Assembly: GCA_002269645.1 (NCBI GenBank)
Contig: NIVC01000674.1
Coordinates: 1-53,985 of the forward strand
Reading direction: 5' to 3'
Source: Macrostomum lignano
Taxonomy: Eukaryota
Length of the DNA stretch: 53,985 bases
Part shown: positions 13,121-25,838 of the stretch, piece by piece
Numbering within the stretch: position 1 is the stretch's first letter
How the letters are laid out: each line of letters starts with the position of its first letter
Position numbers and translations under genes: made by a program
Notes under the pieces: model-generated
What the model was told of the DNA's origin: nothing
Databases searched by the model: none
Seen by the model: only the letters and a program-made list of their open reading frames with translations

Positions 13121-13340
13121 GTGAGAATCGCCCTCGACTCTCATTGAGAATCGCCCTCGACTCTCACTGAGAATCGCCTCCAAGTCCCATTGAGAATCGC
13201 CTCCAACTCTCATTGAGAATCACCTCCAAGTCTTATTGAGAATCGCCTCCAACTCTCATTGAGAATCGCCTCCAAGTCCCATTGATAATCACCCTCGACT
13301 CTCATTGAGAATCGCCTCCAACTCTCATTGAGAATCATCC
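13121..13340. repeat. Intronic minisatellite, 23 bp unit GAGAATCGCCTCCAACTCTCATT
   Basis: About 9 copies; the first unit overlaps the splice donor GTGAGAATCGCC. Confidence 0.9.
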
Positions 13341-13891
13341 TAAATGAAGTCCAAGTCAGATTCAGTTTTTTATCAGAAAATAAGTAAGAATATAATAGTA
13401 TAGTAGAATAGTAGTAATAATATAATGTTAGTCAGGGTTCAATTTCCTAATTTGGTAACCATTTCTTATCGCTGAGTTCGGTGCACTGGTTGGGTCCGCA
13501 AACAAAGACCATTGACACGGTCCCATTTTCAGCCCCCCCTCCTTTCGAGCCCCAGTTCCCAGGAAATTTCTTCCCATTTTCCCACGATGTCAGAGTCGCG
13601 CAGATAAACATGCAAACCAACGACCTTCAGCCGATATTGTCTTATCAAGTCAGAATAGGGGTCGGTCGCGTCTGAACCCCGATTGAAAGCAAATCTGATG
13701 AAGAATGGGCAAGCGATAAGGAAGGGGTAAATAAAACCCAAATAAAAGAGACCAGCCGTGGACCACGGAGGCTGCCTGGACTGGAAACTCCTAATTTCCT
13801 ACTAGGAAAGCTACTAGATACTATTCGCTTTCTCACTACTCGCAAGTAGGCAGTCTATTCTAAAAATAGTCGATGCACAAATTGCTTCCAG

Positions 13892-16800
13892 CAGCAGCAA
13901 CAACAGCAGCCGCAGTCGTACGAAGCCTGCCGGGTGTGCGGCGACCGCGCCTCCGGCCGGCACTACGGCGTGGTGAGCTGCGAGGGCTGCAAAGGCTTCT
14001 TCAAGCGGTCGATCCGGCGCCGGGTGAACTACAGCTGCCGCAGCGGCCGGCAGTGCCTGGTAAACAAGACCTTCCGCAACCGCTGTCAGTTCTGCCGCCT
14101 GCGCAAGTGCATCGGCGTCGGCATGCGCTCGGAGGCCGTGCAGAACGAGCGCCGGACCCTGTCGTCCACGTCTTCGACCTCGACGGCTGGCCTCACCATT
14201 GGAGTCAAAGAAGACGACGCCGAGCCGTCCGATGAGCTCGACGATGCCGTCGAGTGGCCTCCGAGTCCCCTGGAGCCGCCGCCTCCGCCGCCTCCGCCCC
14301 GCCGTCGGCAGCGAATTCTCGAACCGGAATTCACCGAGTTCGACTTGCCGCCGTTTTTCGCGGGCCCGCCACCGCCGTCGTCGGCCACCGGAGCCTCGGC
14401 CGGCGCCGTTGACGCCGCCTTCGTGAAGTTCGTGGCGGCCTCGGTGCTGTTCCGCATGATCCGCTGGGCCCGGGACCTGGACCTGCCGCCCACCGACCGC
14501 CTGCTGCCGCACTGCTGGTGCGACCTGTTCGCCCTGTGCCTCTGCCAGAGCTCCGGGCGGGTGCCCATGCAGCTGCTGCACTCCGCACTGTCGGAGCACC
14601 TGCTGTCCAAGGCTACTGGTGAGGCCTCGAGAGCGGCGGGATGTTGGAATCTCTACAGAATTGTTTTTCGGGATAAAAAAACATCCAGGACCATTAATAG
14701 TCATGCAGGACCATTAAAAACCATTCAGGACCATTAACAACCATTCAGGATTATTAACAACCATTCAGGACCATTAACAACCATTCAGGACCATTAACAA
14801 CCATTCAGGACCATTAACAACCATTCAGGATCATTAACAACCATTCAGGACCATTAACAACCATTCAGGACCATTAACAACCGTTCAGGACCATTAAAAA
14901 CCATTCAGGACCATTAACAACCATTCAGGACCATTAACAACCATTCAGGACCATTAACAACCGTTCAGGACCATTAAAAACCATTCAGGATTATTAACAA
15001 CCATTCAGGACCATTAACAATCATTTAGGACCATTAACAACCATTCAGGATCATTAACAACCATTCAGGACCATTAACAACCGTTCAGGACCATTAAAAA
15101 CCATTCAGGATTATTAACAACCATTCAGGACCATTAACAATCATTTAGGACCATTAACAACCATTCAGGATCATTAACAACCATTCAGGACCATTAACAA
15201 CCGTTCAGGACCATTAACAACCATTCAGGACCATTAACAACCGTTCAGGATTATTAACAACCATTCAGGACCATTAACAACCATTCAGGACCATTAACAA
15301 TCATTTAGGACCATTAACAACCATTCAGGACCATTAACAATCATTTAGGACCATTAACAACCGTTCAGGATTATTAACAACCATTCAGGACCATTAACAA
15401 TCATTTAGGACCATTAACAACCATTCAGGACCATTAAAAATCATTTAGGACCATTAACAACCGTTCAGGATTATTAACAACCATTCAGGACCATTAACAA
15501 TCATTTAGGACCATTAACAACCATTCAGGATCAATAACAATCATTTAGGACCATTAACAACCGTTCAGGACCATTAACAACCATTCAGGACCATTAACAA
15601 CCGTTCAGGACCATTAAAAACCATTCAGGACCATTAACAACCATTCAGGACCATTAACAATCATTTAGGACCATTAACAACCATTCAGGACCATTAACAA
15701 TCATTTAGGATCATTAACAACTATTCAGGACCCTTAGACTCACGAGAATCACCCTCAAAATCAGCTATACTCATGGCAGCTCGGCCAGAAAATGATGGCG
15801 CATATCTGAACTGAAACCCACAGCCGGCGACTCCCAGTGCCCGGACGTCGGCAAGCTGCTGACTGAGCTGGCGAAACTCAGGAAGATTGTCGGCATGTTC
15901 ACCGACTCTCAGGTGACCGGCGTGGAGTTCGCGTACCTGCGACTGCTGACAATGTTCGAGCCAGGTGGGTGTCTGACCCAACCACCCTGAGAATCACCCC
16001 CAACCTCCCTGACAATCGCCCCCAACCACCCTGAGAATCGCCCCCCAACCTCCCTGAGAATCGCCCCCAACCACCCTGAGAATCGCCCCAACATCCCTGA
16101 TAATCGCCCCCCAACCACCCTGAGAATCGCCCCCAACTCTCTGAGAATCGCCCCCGGCCCTAACCACCCTGAGAATCGCCCCCAACCACCCTGACAATCG
16201 CCCCAACCACCCCGAGAATCGCCCCCAACCACCCTGAGAATCGCCCCCAACCACCCTGACAATCGCCCCAACCACCCCGAGAATCGCCCCAACCACCCTG
16301 AGAATCACCCCCAACCTCCCTGACAATCGCCCCCAACCACCCTGAGAATCGCCCCCCAACCTCCCTGAGAATCGCCCCCCAACCACCCTGAGAATCGCCC
16401 CCCAACCTCCCTGAGAATCGCCCCCCAACCACCCTGAGAATCGCCCCCAACCACCCTGAGAATCGCCCCCCAACCTCCCTGAGAATCGCCCCCCAACCAC
16501 CCTGAGAATCGCCCCCAACATCCCTGATAATCGCCCCCAACCACCCTGAGAATCGCCCCCAACCTCTCTGAGAATCGCCCCCGGCCCTAACCACCCTGAA
16601 TCGCCCCCAACCACCCTGACAATCGCCCCAACCACCCCGAGAATCGCCCCCAACCACCATGAGAATCGCCCCCAACCACCATGACAATCGCCCCAACCAC
16701 CCCGAGAATCGCCCCAACCACCCCGAGAATCGTCCCCAACCACCCCGAGAATCGCCCCTACCACCCTGAGAATCGCCCCCAACCTCTCTGAGAATCGCCC

Positions 16801-17800
16801 CCAACCACCCTGAGAATCGCCCCCAACCACCCTGAGAATCGCCCCCAACCACCCTGAGAATCGCCCCCAACCACCCTGAGAATCGCCCCCAACCACCCTG
16901 AGAATCGCCCCCAACCACCCTGAGAATCGCCCCCAACCACCCTGAGAATCGCCCCCAACCACCCTGAGAATCGCCCCCAACCACCCTGAGAATCGCCCCC
17001 AACCACCCTGAGAATCGCCCCCAACCACCCTGAGAATCGCCACCAACCACCCTGAGAATCGCCACCAACCACCTCATTCCACCGCAGCGATCTGCGTACA
17101 AGACGAGCCCGAAGCTTCAATCGTGGCCGATCTGCAGGCCGCCACTCTGTCCGAGCTGTCCGACCACCTGGCCGACAGCCTGGGCTCGCCTGAGGCCGGC
17201 CAGCGCCGGCTCGCCCGGCTGCTGCTGCACGCCAACTCGGTGCGGACCCTCGACAAGGCCGTCATCAAGGAGATCTTCTTTACTGGTGAATCCGCTGGGA
17301 ACCGGGATCGCATTGGGGATCTGGAATTTGAAATCTGGGATTTGGGATTTGGAAACTGAGATTTGGAATTGGGAAACTGAGATTTTGGATTTGGAAAATG
17401 TGATTTGGGATTTGGAAACTGAGATTTGGGTTTTGGAAACTGAGATTTGGGATTTGGAAACTGAGATTTGGGATTGGGAAACTGAGATTTGGGATTTGCA
17501 AACTGAGATTTGGAATTTAGGAAATTAACCTCTTCTGGTCTAACAATAGCACTTCTAGTAGCAAGTGAAGCAAATACTCCAATAATAATAATAATGAATG
17601 CTGCCTTCGCCCACCCCCTTCCCCTACCAGAGCAAATTGGCTCCGTCTCCATGGAGGCCCTCGTGCCGCACATCCTGGCCACCTGCCGGCCACCGACTGC
17701 CGCAGCAGCCCCAGCTCCGCCTTCAGCCGCATGCGGGCGGGGAGCCGCTGCCGCCGCAGGTGCTGCCGCTGGGGGGTTGCACAACCGGCATGGCAACTGA
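13892..17800 (+). CDS. NR2C: Nuclear receptor NR2C (TR2/TR4/Hr78-like): exons 13892-14618, 15824-15964, 17088-17285, 17631-17800 (plus upstream exons 12902-13120 and probably 6548-6727; ~544 aa in total)
   Basis: C4 zinc-finger [34 protein letters not shown]...[15 protein letters not shown] motifs [66 protein letters not shown] match TR4 (CWNELFTLGLAQ, EYAYLKAIVLFSP, RLARIL, EELFFTGLIGNVSIDSIIPYIL). All introns are GT-AG with matching phase 1. Confidence 0.92.
14682..15733. repeat. Intronic minisatellite, 20 bp unit CAGGACCATTAACAACCATT
   Basis: About 50 copies filling NR2C intron 14619-15823. Confidence 0.97.
15975..17075. repeat. Intronic minisatellite, 22 bp unit GAGAATCGCCCCCAACCACCCT
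   Basis: About 50 copies filling almost the whole of intron 15965-17087; G-rich on the minus strand. Confidence 0.97.
17325..17522. repeat. Intronic minisatellite, 21 bp unit GAAACTGAGATTTGGGATTTG
   Basis: About 9 copies in intron 17286-17630. Confidence 0.92.
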
Positions 17801-17934
17801 CTGACACCTGAGCTCGCGGCTCCCCTGCTTGCCCTCCTCGATTGCGGATCAACTGCTAGGGTTGGGCCGATTTTTACATGTACTTTCAGTGTTTTTTGTG
17901 CTTTTCTATACAATTTTTTGCGAATTAATTAGCC

Positions 17935-18640
17935 GATCTCCCAGATCCTCAGTTGCTGGGCCAGCCTCCCAGATCCTCAGTTGCTGGGCCAGCCTCCCAG
18001 ATCCTCAGTTGCTGGGCCAGCCTCCCAGATCCTCAGTTGCTGGGCCAGCCTCCCAGATCCTCAGTTGCTGGGCCAGCCTCCCAGATCCTCAGTTGCTGGG
18101 CCAGCCTCCCAGATCCTCAGTTGCTGGGCCAGCAGCCTCCCAGATCCTCAGTTGCTGGGCCAGCCTCCCAGATCCTCAGTTGCTGGGCCAGCCTCCCAGA
18201 TCCTCAGTTGCTGGGCCACAGCCTCCCAGATCCTCAGTTGCTGGGCCACAGCCTCCCAGATCCTCAGTTGCTGGGCCAGCAGCCTCCCAGATCCTCAGTT
18301 GCTGGGCCAGCCTCCCAGATCCTCAGTTGCTGGGCCACAGCCTCCCAGATCCTCAGTTGCTGGGCCAGCCTCCCAGATCCTCAGTTGCTGTGCCGCCCTT
18401 TCAGATCCTCAGTTGCTGGGCCAGCCTCCCAGATCCTCAGTTGCTGGGCCAGCCTCCCAGATCCTCAGTTGCTGGGCCAGCCTCCCAGATCCTCAGTTGC
18501 TGGGCCAGCCTCCCAGATCCTCAGTTGCTGGGCCAGCAGCCTCCCAGATCCTCAGTTGCTGGGCCAGCCTCCCAGATCCTCAGTTGCTGGGCCACAGCCT
18601 CCCAGATCCTCAGTTGCTGGGCCAGCCTCCCAGATCCCAG
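17935..18640. repeat. Minisatellite, 28 bp unit CCCAGATCCTCAGTTGCTGGGCCAGCCT (29/31-bp variants)
   Basis: About 24 copies starting ~135 bp after the NR2C stop. Confidence 0.96.
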
Positions 18641-18977
18641 CCAGAAATGCAACAGCGGCCCTTGAAAGTTCCCAGACAATATTTTTGAGGCCTACAAGTT
18701 ACAGTTCTGAAAAGGCGCCAAAGAAAGAAAACTTTTTGTTTGACTTTCTCTATTCCTTTGCATGCCACTTGGCTCATCCGTTTCCTCTCTCTGTAAACTG
18801 TTCATCTCCTCAGAGCTACGAGCCGCATGACTCTGTATTAAACTAGAAACTAATTGCATCGAATGCCCGACTCTCAGTGAAAATTATTTTATTTTTTTCC
18901 TCTTTCGTTACATTGGTCCCTGATAATCTGCCGGAGGTTCCTGTTGGAATTATTGAGACTGATGCTTGCCCAAAATT

Positions 18978-19680
<703 letters not shown>

Positions 19681-20414
19681 AGTATCACCAGGCTCCCCGC
19701 CCGCTCAGCACTCGGTCGAGTATTTAAAGCAATGCGTTGAGCACTTCAAGTGCCCCAACCTTAACTATCCGGAATAATTTGCTTCTATATTTGTGTTACG
19801 TACGTATTTTTGCCTGTTCTCAAACTGTGAGCGCTGCCAAATACTTACTGAATAGCTTGGTGTGCCTTTAGCAAGTTCGGGGGGCACTTTTACCGTTGAA
19901 GCCTGAAATTTAGCTAAAATTGACCTTGCTGACATTTTGAATTTATGAATATGAAAAATAGTAATAATTATTAAGGGATAATAAGCAGTTGTTTCTATTG
20001 ATTATAATGTTAATAAGTATGTTTCGTTTTAGCCGTTTTCTATAGCGCTTTAAAGTTATGCGCGAATTCCACTTGCGAGTGTTAAACTCTGGGATCATAG
20101 GCACACTGCACGGAGCAGTTGTGTCAGACTTTGAAATTTTTCTAAGACGGTAAATTTAAAGCAACCGCTCAAACCCTGACTTCTGCCCTGTGTGGCAGAT
20201 TGAGACTGCGCCAAAATATATGTTTGTTTAATGTTTATTGAATGTACTGATGTTCTCTGCCTGCACATTCAGTGCGCGATCATGAGAGGTAGCCTCCGGA
20301 TTTTATTCTTTGTTATTTCGCTCCGTAGAGAGCCTCCTTGCGTTTGAAATGATTAACTGCGGCCTCTGTTGCTGCTGCGGAGCCACCTTTGCTTTGAATG
20401 CAAAATGATACAGA

Positions 20415-21640
20415 GGCAGACACTGAGACGCCAATACAGGCACCAAGACAGACAACTAAGACAATAAGACACTTCTATAAGACAGGCACTAAGACAGACA
20501 ACTAAGACAATAAGACAGTTCTATAAGGCAGGCACCAAGACAGACAACTAAGAGAATAAGACAGTTCTATAAGGCAGGCACTAAGACAGCCAACTAAGAC
20601 AATAAGACACTTCTATAAGACAGGCACTAAGACAGACAACTAAGAGAATAAGACACTTCTATAAGACAGGCACTAAGACAGACAACTAAGAGAATAAGAC
20701 ACTTCTATAAGGCAGGCACTAAGACAGACAACTAAGACAATAAGACACTTCTATAAAGACAGGCACTAAGACAGACAACTAAGACAATAAGACACTTCTA
20801 TAAGACAGGCACTAAGACAGACAACTAAGAGAATAAGACAGTTCTATAAGGCAGGCACTAAGACAGACAACTAAGACAATAAGACACTTCTATAAGACAG
20901 GCACTAAGACAGACAACTAAGACAATAAGACACTTCTATAAGACAGGCACTAAGACAGCCAACTAAGACAATAAGACAGTTCTATAAGACAGGCACTAAG
21001 ACAGACAACTAAGACAATAAGACAGTTCTATAAGACAGGCACTAAGACAGCCAACTAAGACAATAAGACAGTTCTATAAGACAGGCACTAAGACAGACAA
21101 CTAAGAGAATAAGACAGTTCTATAAGACAGGCACTAAGACAGACAACTAAGAGAATAAGACAGTTCTATAAGACAGGCATTAAGACAGACAACTAAGAGA
21201 ATAAGACAGTTCTATAAGACAGGCATTAAGACAGACAACTAAGAGAATAAGACAGTTCTATAAGACAGGCACTAAGACAGACAACTAAGACAATAAGACA
21301 GTTCTATAAGACAGGCACTAAGACAGACAACTAAGACAATAAGACAGTTCTATAAGGCAGGCACTAAGACAGACAACTAAGAGAATAAGACACTACTATA
21401 AGACAGGCACTAAGACAGACAACTAAGACAATAAGACAGTTCTATAAGACAGGCACTAAGACAGACAACTAAGACAATAAGACAGTTCTATAAGACAGGC
21501 ACTAAGACAGACAACTAAGACAATAAGACAGTTCTATAAGGCAGGCACTAAGACAGACAACTAAGAGAATAAGACTACTATAATACAGGCGCTAAGACAG
21601 ACAACTAAGACAATAAGACACTACTATAAGACAGGCACTA
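20415..21640. repeat. Minisatellite, 46 bp unit AAGACAGGCACTAAGACAGACAACTAAGACAATAAGACAGTTCTAT
   Basis: About 26 copies built from TAAGACA subrepeats. Confidence 0.96.
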
Positions 21641-21974
21641 AGTCTGTAAGGAAAGCATCAGTCTAAATGGCAGGTACACATATTGCTAGTAGCGATGTCT
21701 GTGTTTGGCAAACCAAGCGATTGAGCGATAAAGTTTGCCATTTTCCATTGTTTGCCGATGCATTGCATTGTTTGTCCAGCACAGCGTTTCGCTTGCTTCC
21801 TGTCAGAGGGCTTGGAAGAAAGTAGTGGAAGGAAGACTGCTGTTCTTGCAGATTTAGGAGCCCTGCACTATTGCCATGAACTACTGTGTAATATTATTGT
21901 TAATTTTCAGCATGCTGTAAATCAAATGTATAAGTCTGTATTAGTTCATTGTCGTGTAGTTCGATCTCATGCAG

Positions 21975-22934
21975 TCAGCCGCACACGCGGGCCACTCCTG
22001 TCAGCTGCTCACCGCTCAGCTTCCCTTGGGCGATGCCGAAACAGAATATGGTCCCGGACAGGCAGTCGGAATTGCTCACAGTTGAGTAACCCAGTCGGAT
22101 CACTGAGTCAACTGTCTGGTCACCCGAGATCGGGAGTGGGTTGTTAAAGCTGTAAACTCGGCCGTCAAGGAAGGCCATGGCGCTAGTGATGTTGCTGACC
22201 GCGACGCCCAGAAAGAAGCCGCCCGGGTCAGCGTCCGTCCGCATAAAGTCCGAGGCTGAGTGGAATTTCTTGTCCAGGTTCACGATGCCCAGGATAAGGT
22301 GGCCGTCACTCTCGTACAAGTTGCATGCATAGTCATCGCCCTCAGAGGTGATCTTCATGTACACCGTCTTGGCCTTGTAGGGCCGTCGCACCTTCATGAA
22401 GAAGCTCACTGCTCTCTCTCCTTTGCGATCGATGAGCGCCGTGAGACCTCCCGGGATGCTCAGCTTCAGGTATGACGTCATCCTCCCAGCAAAGTGCAGT
22501 CCGCTCGAGTCTTTCGTCACGTCGAAGCCCTCGGAGCTGATGCTCGCGATGCCCGCCGCCTTCTCGAGCGACTCCCTGAAGTCGAAGAAGGCGAGGAGCT
22601 GCAGCAGGACGGGCGCCAGCGTGAGGCTGCTGCACTGGCCGAGTCCTCCCGGGGTCGATCAGAGCGACAGCTGTGAGAAGTCGACAGCCAGAGAGCAGAC
22701 GGAGTCTTTGAAGTGAGCCGCCTTGCACTTCGGCAGCCGCAGCGTGCACACTCGGATGCACTGGAGCTGGCTGGGCAGCTGCAGGAGCTCCGCTGCTGCC
22801 GGGTTCGCAGTGGGAGGGCACAGCTGAGTCCACTGCCACCGCCACCGACTGGCGCAAGCGGGATTCGAACCCCCGACCTGCTGCAGGGACAGGACCAGCA
22901 GGTTAAAAACGAACAGCACCAGCATGGTTGCCAT
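21975..22934 (-). CDS. Intronless secreted protein: signal peptide + PAN/apple-like Cys module + concanavalin-A/LamG-like domain; one in-frame TGA at 22659-22661 (nonsense allele, pseudogene or readthrough)
   Basis: ORFs 22659-22934 and 21975-22520 are in the same frame and separated only by a single TGA. Hydrophobic N-terminus MATMLVLFVFNLLVLSLQQVGG; QCIRVCTLRLPKCKAAHFKDSVCSL fits C-x3-C...C...C PAN spacing; C-terminal LLAFFDF..GLHFAG..SYLKL..SFFMKV..IRLG..CLSGTIFCFGI..LSGEQ resembles LamG_3/pentraxin-like folds (domain calls are inference). Confidence 0.65.
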
Positions 22935-24668
22935 GTTATCGTGAATTGAATCTTTTAGTTAGTCAGTTCCTCATAACAGTCACGGCCGGTCTCTTTATTC
23001 TACCGGTATACGCTATACATGTTTGAGCATAGATAAAGCTGACTTGCTGCGAATCAATACTACATGTCTTCTCTAATTTCTGGTATGAGGTTCCTTCGTC
23101 AGTTAAATTTTAGTAGCTATAGGTACTGGTGATATTTTTCATCCTCAATTTATTCACTTCCGCTGCAGGAATGTATTGCGACAGTGGCGCAACCAAGGGG
23201 CGGGCGGCCTGCTGCAGGGACACAAGCAGCAGAGAGAAGCACGGCATGAATGAGGCGATGATGATGAGGCGTTCGTGTTTTTCAAGCGCGATATCCAGGG
23301 AGGCTGGTGAGCCAACGATGGACGAGTCAGCTATACGTTTGACACAAACATTTCACGAGCAAATGATCGATTGGTAGAAGCATGTGGCAGCCTGCTCAGA
23401 AAAATTGCGTACTTGAGGACAGTGCGAGCGTAGATGGCTTTCCTTTTTTGTAGCTGTAAGATGAAAATTTCGCATCGAGCTCTCAGAAGAGCCACTAGAA
23501 GCGGACGCAGCATTGAAAAGCGAGGAAGTTTTATTGACAGCTGTTGGAGAATGCCTTAGCGAAACGAAAACTGAGCTTTTTGCATCAGACGATTCGTTTT
23601 TTGACTTTCTGAAACATGCACACGCAGTATAAATTTATTGAAGAAAGCAGACCAGAGAGAAATTAAGCGAGCAAAAGGCTAATTTTCTGACGATTGCTCC
23701 AAATTTTCTTGCCACATGGTTCGTTTGACCTGATGCGGAAAATGGAGCCATGGTACATATAAATACAGCTGAAGAAATGACTTACAAGTACTATAACAAA
23801 TGTTTTTGTTACAAATACAAGCTAGCATCAATTTGAAATTACTGTTCTGATGTACATTAAAGCTGAATGCTATTTAATTGTGGCTTAAATACATGTACGA
23901 GTTCTAATCGCGGATCATCAGAAAACTTAAGCTGTAGTTTTGCAGAAGAATTCTGTAAAACACAGCTATAGAACTATATAAACAAGATAACTAATGTTTA
24001 TCATCTCTATTGAAATGTCAATCCGTCTATTGTAATATCTGTCTATTGGGAAGGCAATGAGCCCTAGGAAGGCAACTGCCAATCCTGCCTCCCGGCTCCG
24101 CCGTGCCTGCGAAAGCGGAGAGCTTCTGGACCTTCAACAGGTGGTGCACCAGGTGACTATGGACCCGCCATAGTCATGGTCAATGTCGCTGACCAAGCGT
24201 CAATGGGCAAACTTTAAATCCTGGTCCATTCTCAGCTAGACTCTCAAACAGTCTCTCTTCAACCCGATGGGATGAGTCTGATGACGCGACAGCTGTTGGA
24301 GGTCCAGACTCCGTCTGAGTGAAAGCCAGTGGACCAAAAACGAATTTCAGAGCTGATGCAGACACAGTGGTCGATGACTAGGTAATTGAAATTTGGAGGC
24401 TTGGAAAGGCTGCACTGAGGCGCAGTGCTAATTGGCGCACAGGAGTTTACTGAATACACTGGCGCTTATTCTGGCTTTCTGAAAGAATCGTCGAATATCT
24501 CGACGGTCCGAAAAGTCTATTAGCGACCTGTTGATTCGATTCGATTGAGAAGGTGCGCAACAACAATTTAGCCCGTGTTCTTGAATTTCGTGTGAATGCG
24601 TTGCTCCGTTCCGGCGCAGCAAAAAAATTGCCAGGGAAATCCCCCCCAAGCAAAATGCATGGCTTGGT

Positions 24669-25342
24669 CAAGTACGACTTAAGTAGAAGGAAGTAGTAAG
24701 TAGCAGGTTTTCCCGAAAAAATACACTACGGAGATAGGAAGTTTTCATTTTTTCAGCACAAAAATTGTTATTGCTTTTGATAGAAGGCAGCAGTGTTCAT
24801 CTTTTTATATGTTGTGCCTTTCTTATTGTTCTATCGATATTTATAAAGCTATTTGATCAAAGAAGTAGGATTTGTTCATTTTTTATTCTACGTACATTTC
24901 CTGTACCTAAAAATAATAAAAATGCATTGCACAGCTCTAAATCTTTGGTTTTATGTATCCATTTTATCATTTGTGCTACGCCTATTTGTTACACAGTCAG
25001 CTAAGAATGATAAAATAGACTCATAAAACCAAAGAGCTGAGCCGTGCTATTCTAGTGGTTTTTAGGCACAAGACATGCGCAAATGTACGTAGAATAAAAA
25101 ATTTACATATAGAATCCTAATTTTTTAAACGGAGAGCTTTATGAATATCGATAGAGCAATAAGCAAGGCACAACATTTCAAAAAATGAACACTGGATCTG
25201 CTTCCTATCGAAAGCAATAGCAATTTTTGTGCTGAAAAAAGGAAAACTTCCTATCTCTGTAGTGTATTTTTTCGGGAAAACCTACCTTCTAAAATTTTCT
25301 AAGAAACGAGGTTTCCCGTCCTTCTATCTTAAGTCGTCCTTG
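24669..25342. mobile_element. Non-autonomous foldback DNA transposon (~300-bp inverted arms, CAAG...CTTG termini), P-superfamily-like, copy 1
   Basis: Termini CAAGTACGACTTAAG / CTTAAGTCGTCCTTG; perfect 8-bp TSD GGCTTGGT at 24661-24668 and 25343-25350; arms pair inward to a spacer at ~24972-25005. Confidence 0.88.
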
Positions 25343-25838
25343 GGCTTGGTATCCCTGCATCCACCCGGGTCACAACGTAAGGCCGAAAAATACTCCTTCA
25401 CAGCACGCTACAAGGCGTGAAAATACGCGTATGTGGGTAGTTATACCCGTATTTTTCTGCCTTAAAGGCGCCCGTGTTACGGCCATGTAGAAGTTGACAC
25501 CGGTGATATTGGTAAACAAGTTAATTAATTACTTCAGTTATCGAAATCTCCTGATTATAAATTTTTAATAGTAAGGTGATTTTTTACAAAAGTTAGATTT
25601 CGTCGTAGTAATATCTGAGGGGTGAATAGTTTTGTGCATTTTGTTTTTTTAGTGCTTCAGTTCAAACAACGAAAATTCCAAGAAGACGTGACGAGCTCCT
25701 TGACATCTGTTTTTAATTTCTGCCAATCTGTATGTGACTGTCTTTCCTTCCTAGGACACTAAAAATTTTGGGCAGACGAGGCGGAATCTTCCGTTTTAAA
25801 TTATAAGCATTTAAATTTTATGGAAATTTGTCTTTGGT

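Noticed and set aside
23129-23836. Decayed protein-like frame (KFRIELSEEPLEAD...)
   Set aside because: There are six internal stops over ~150 codons, about what random AT-rich sequence gives, and no recognisable motif.
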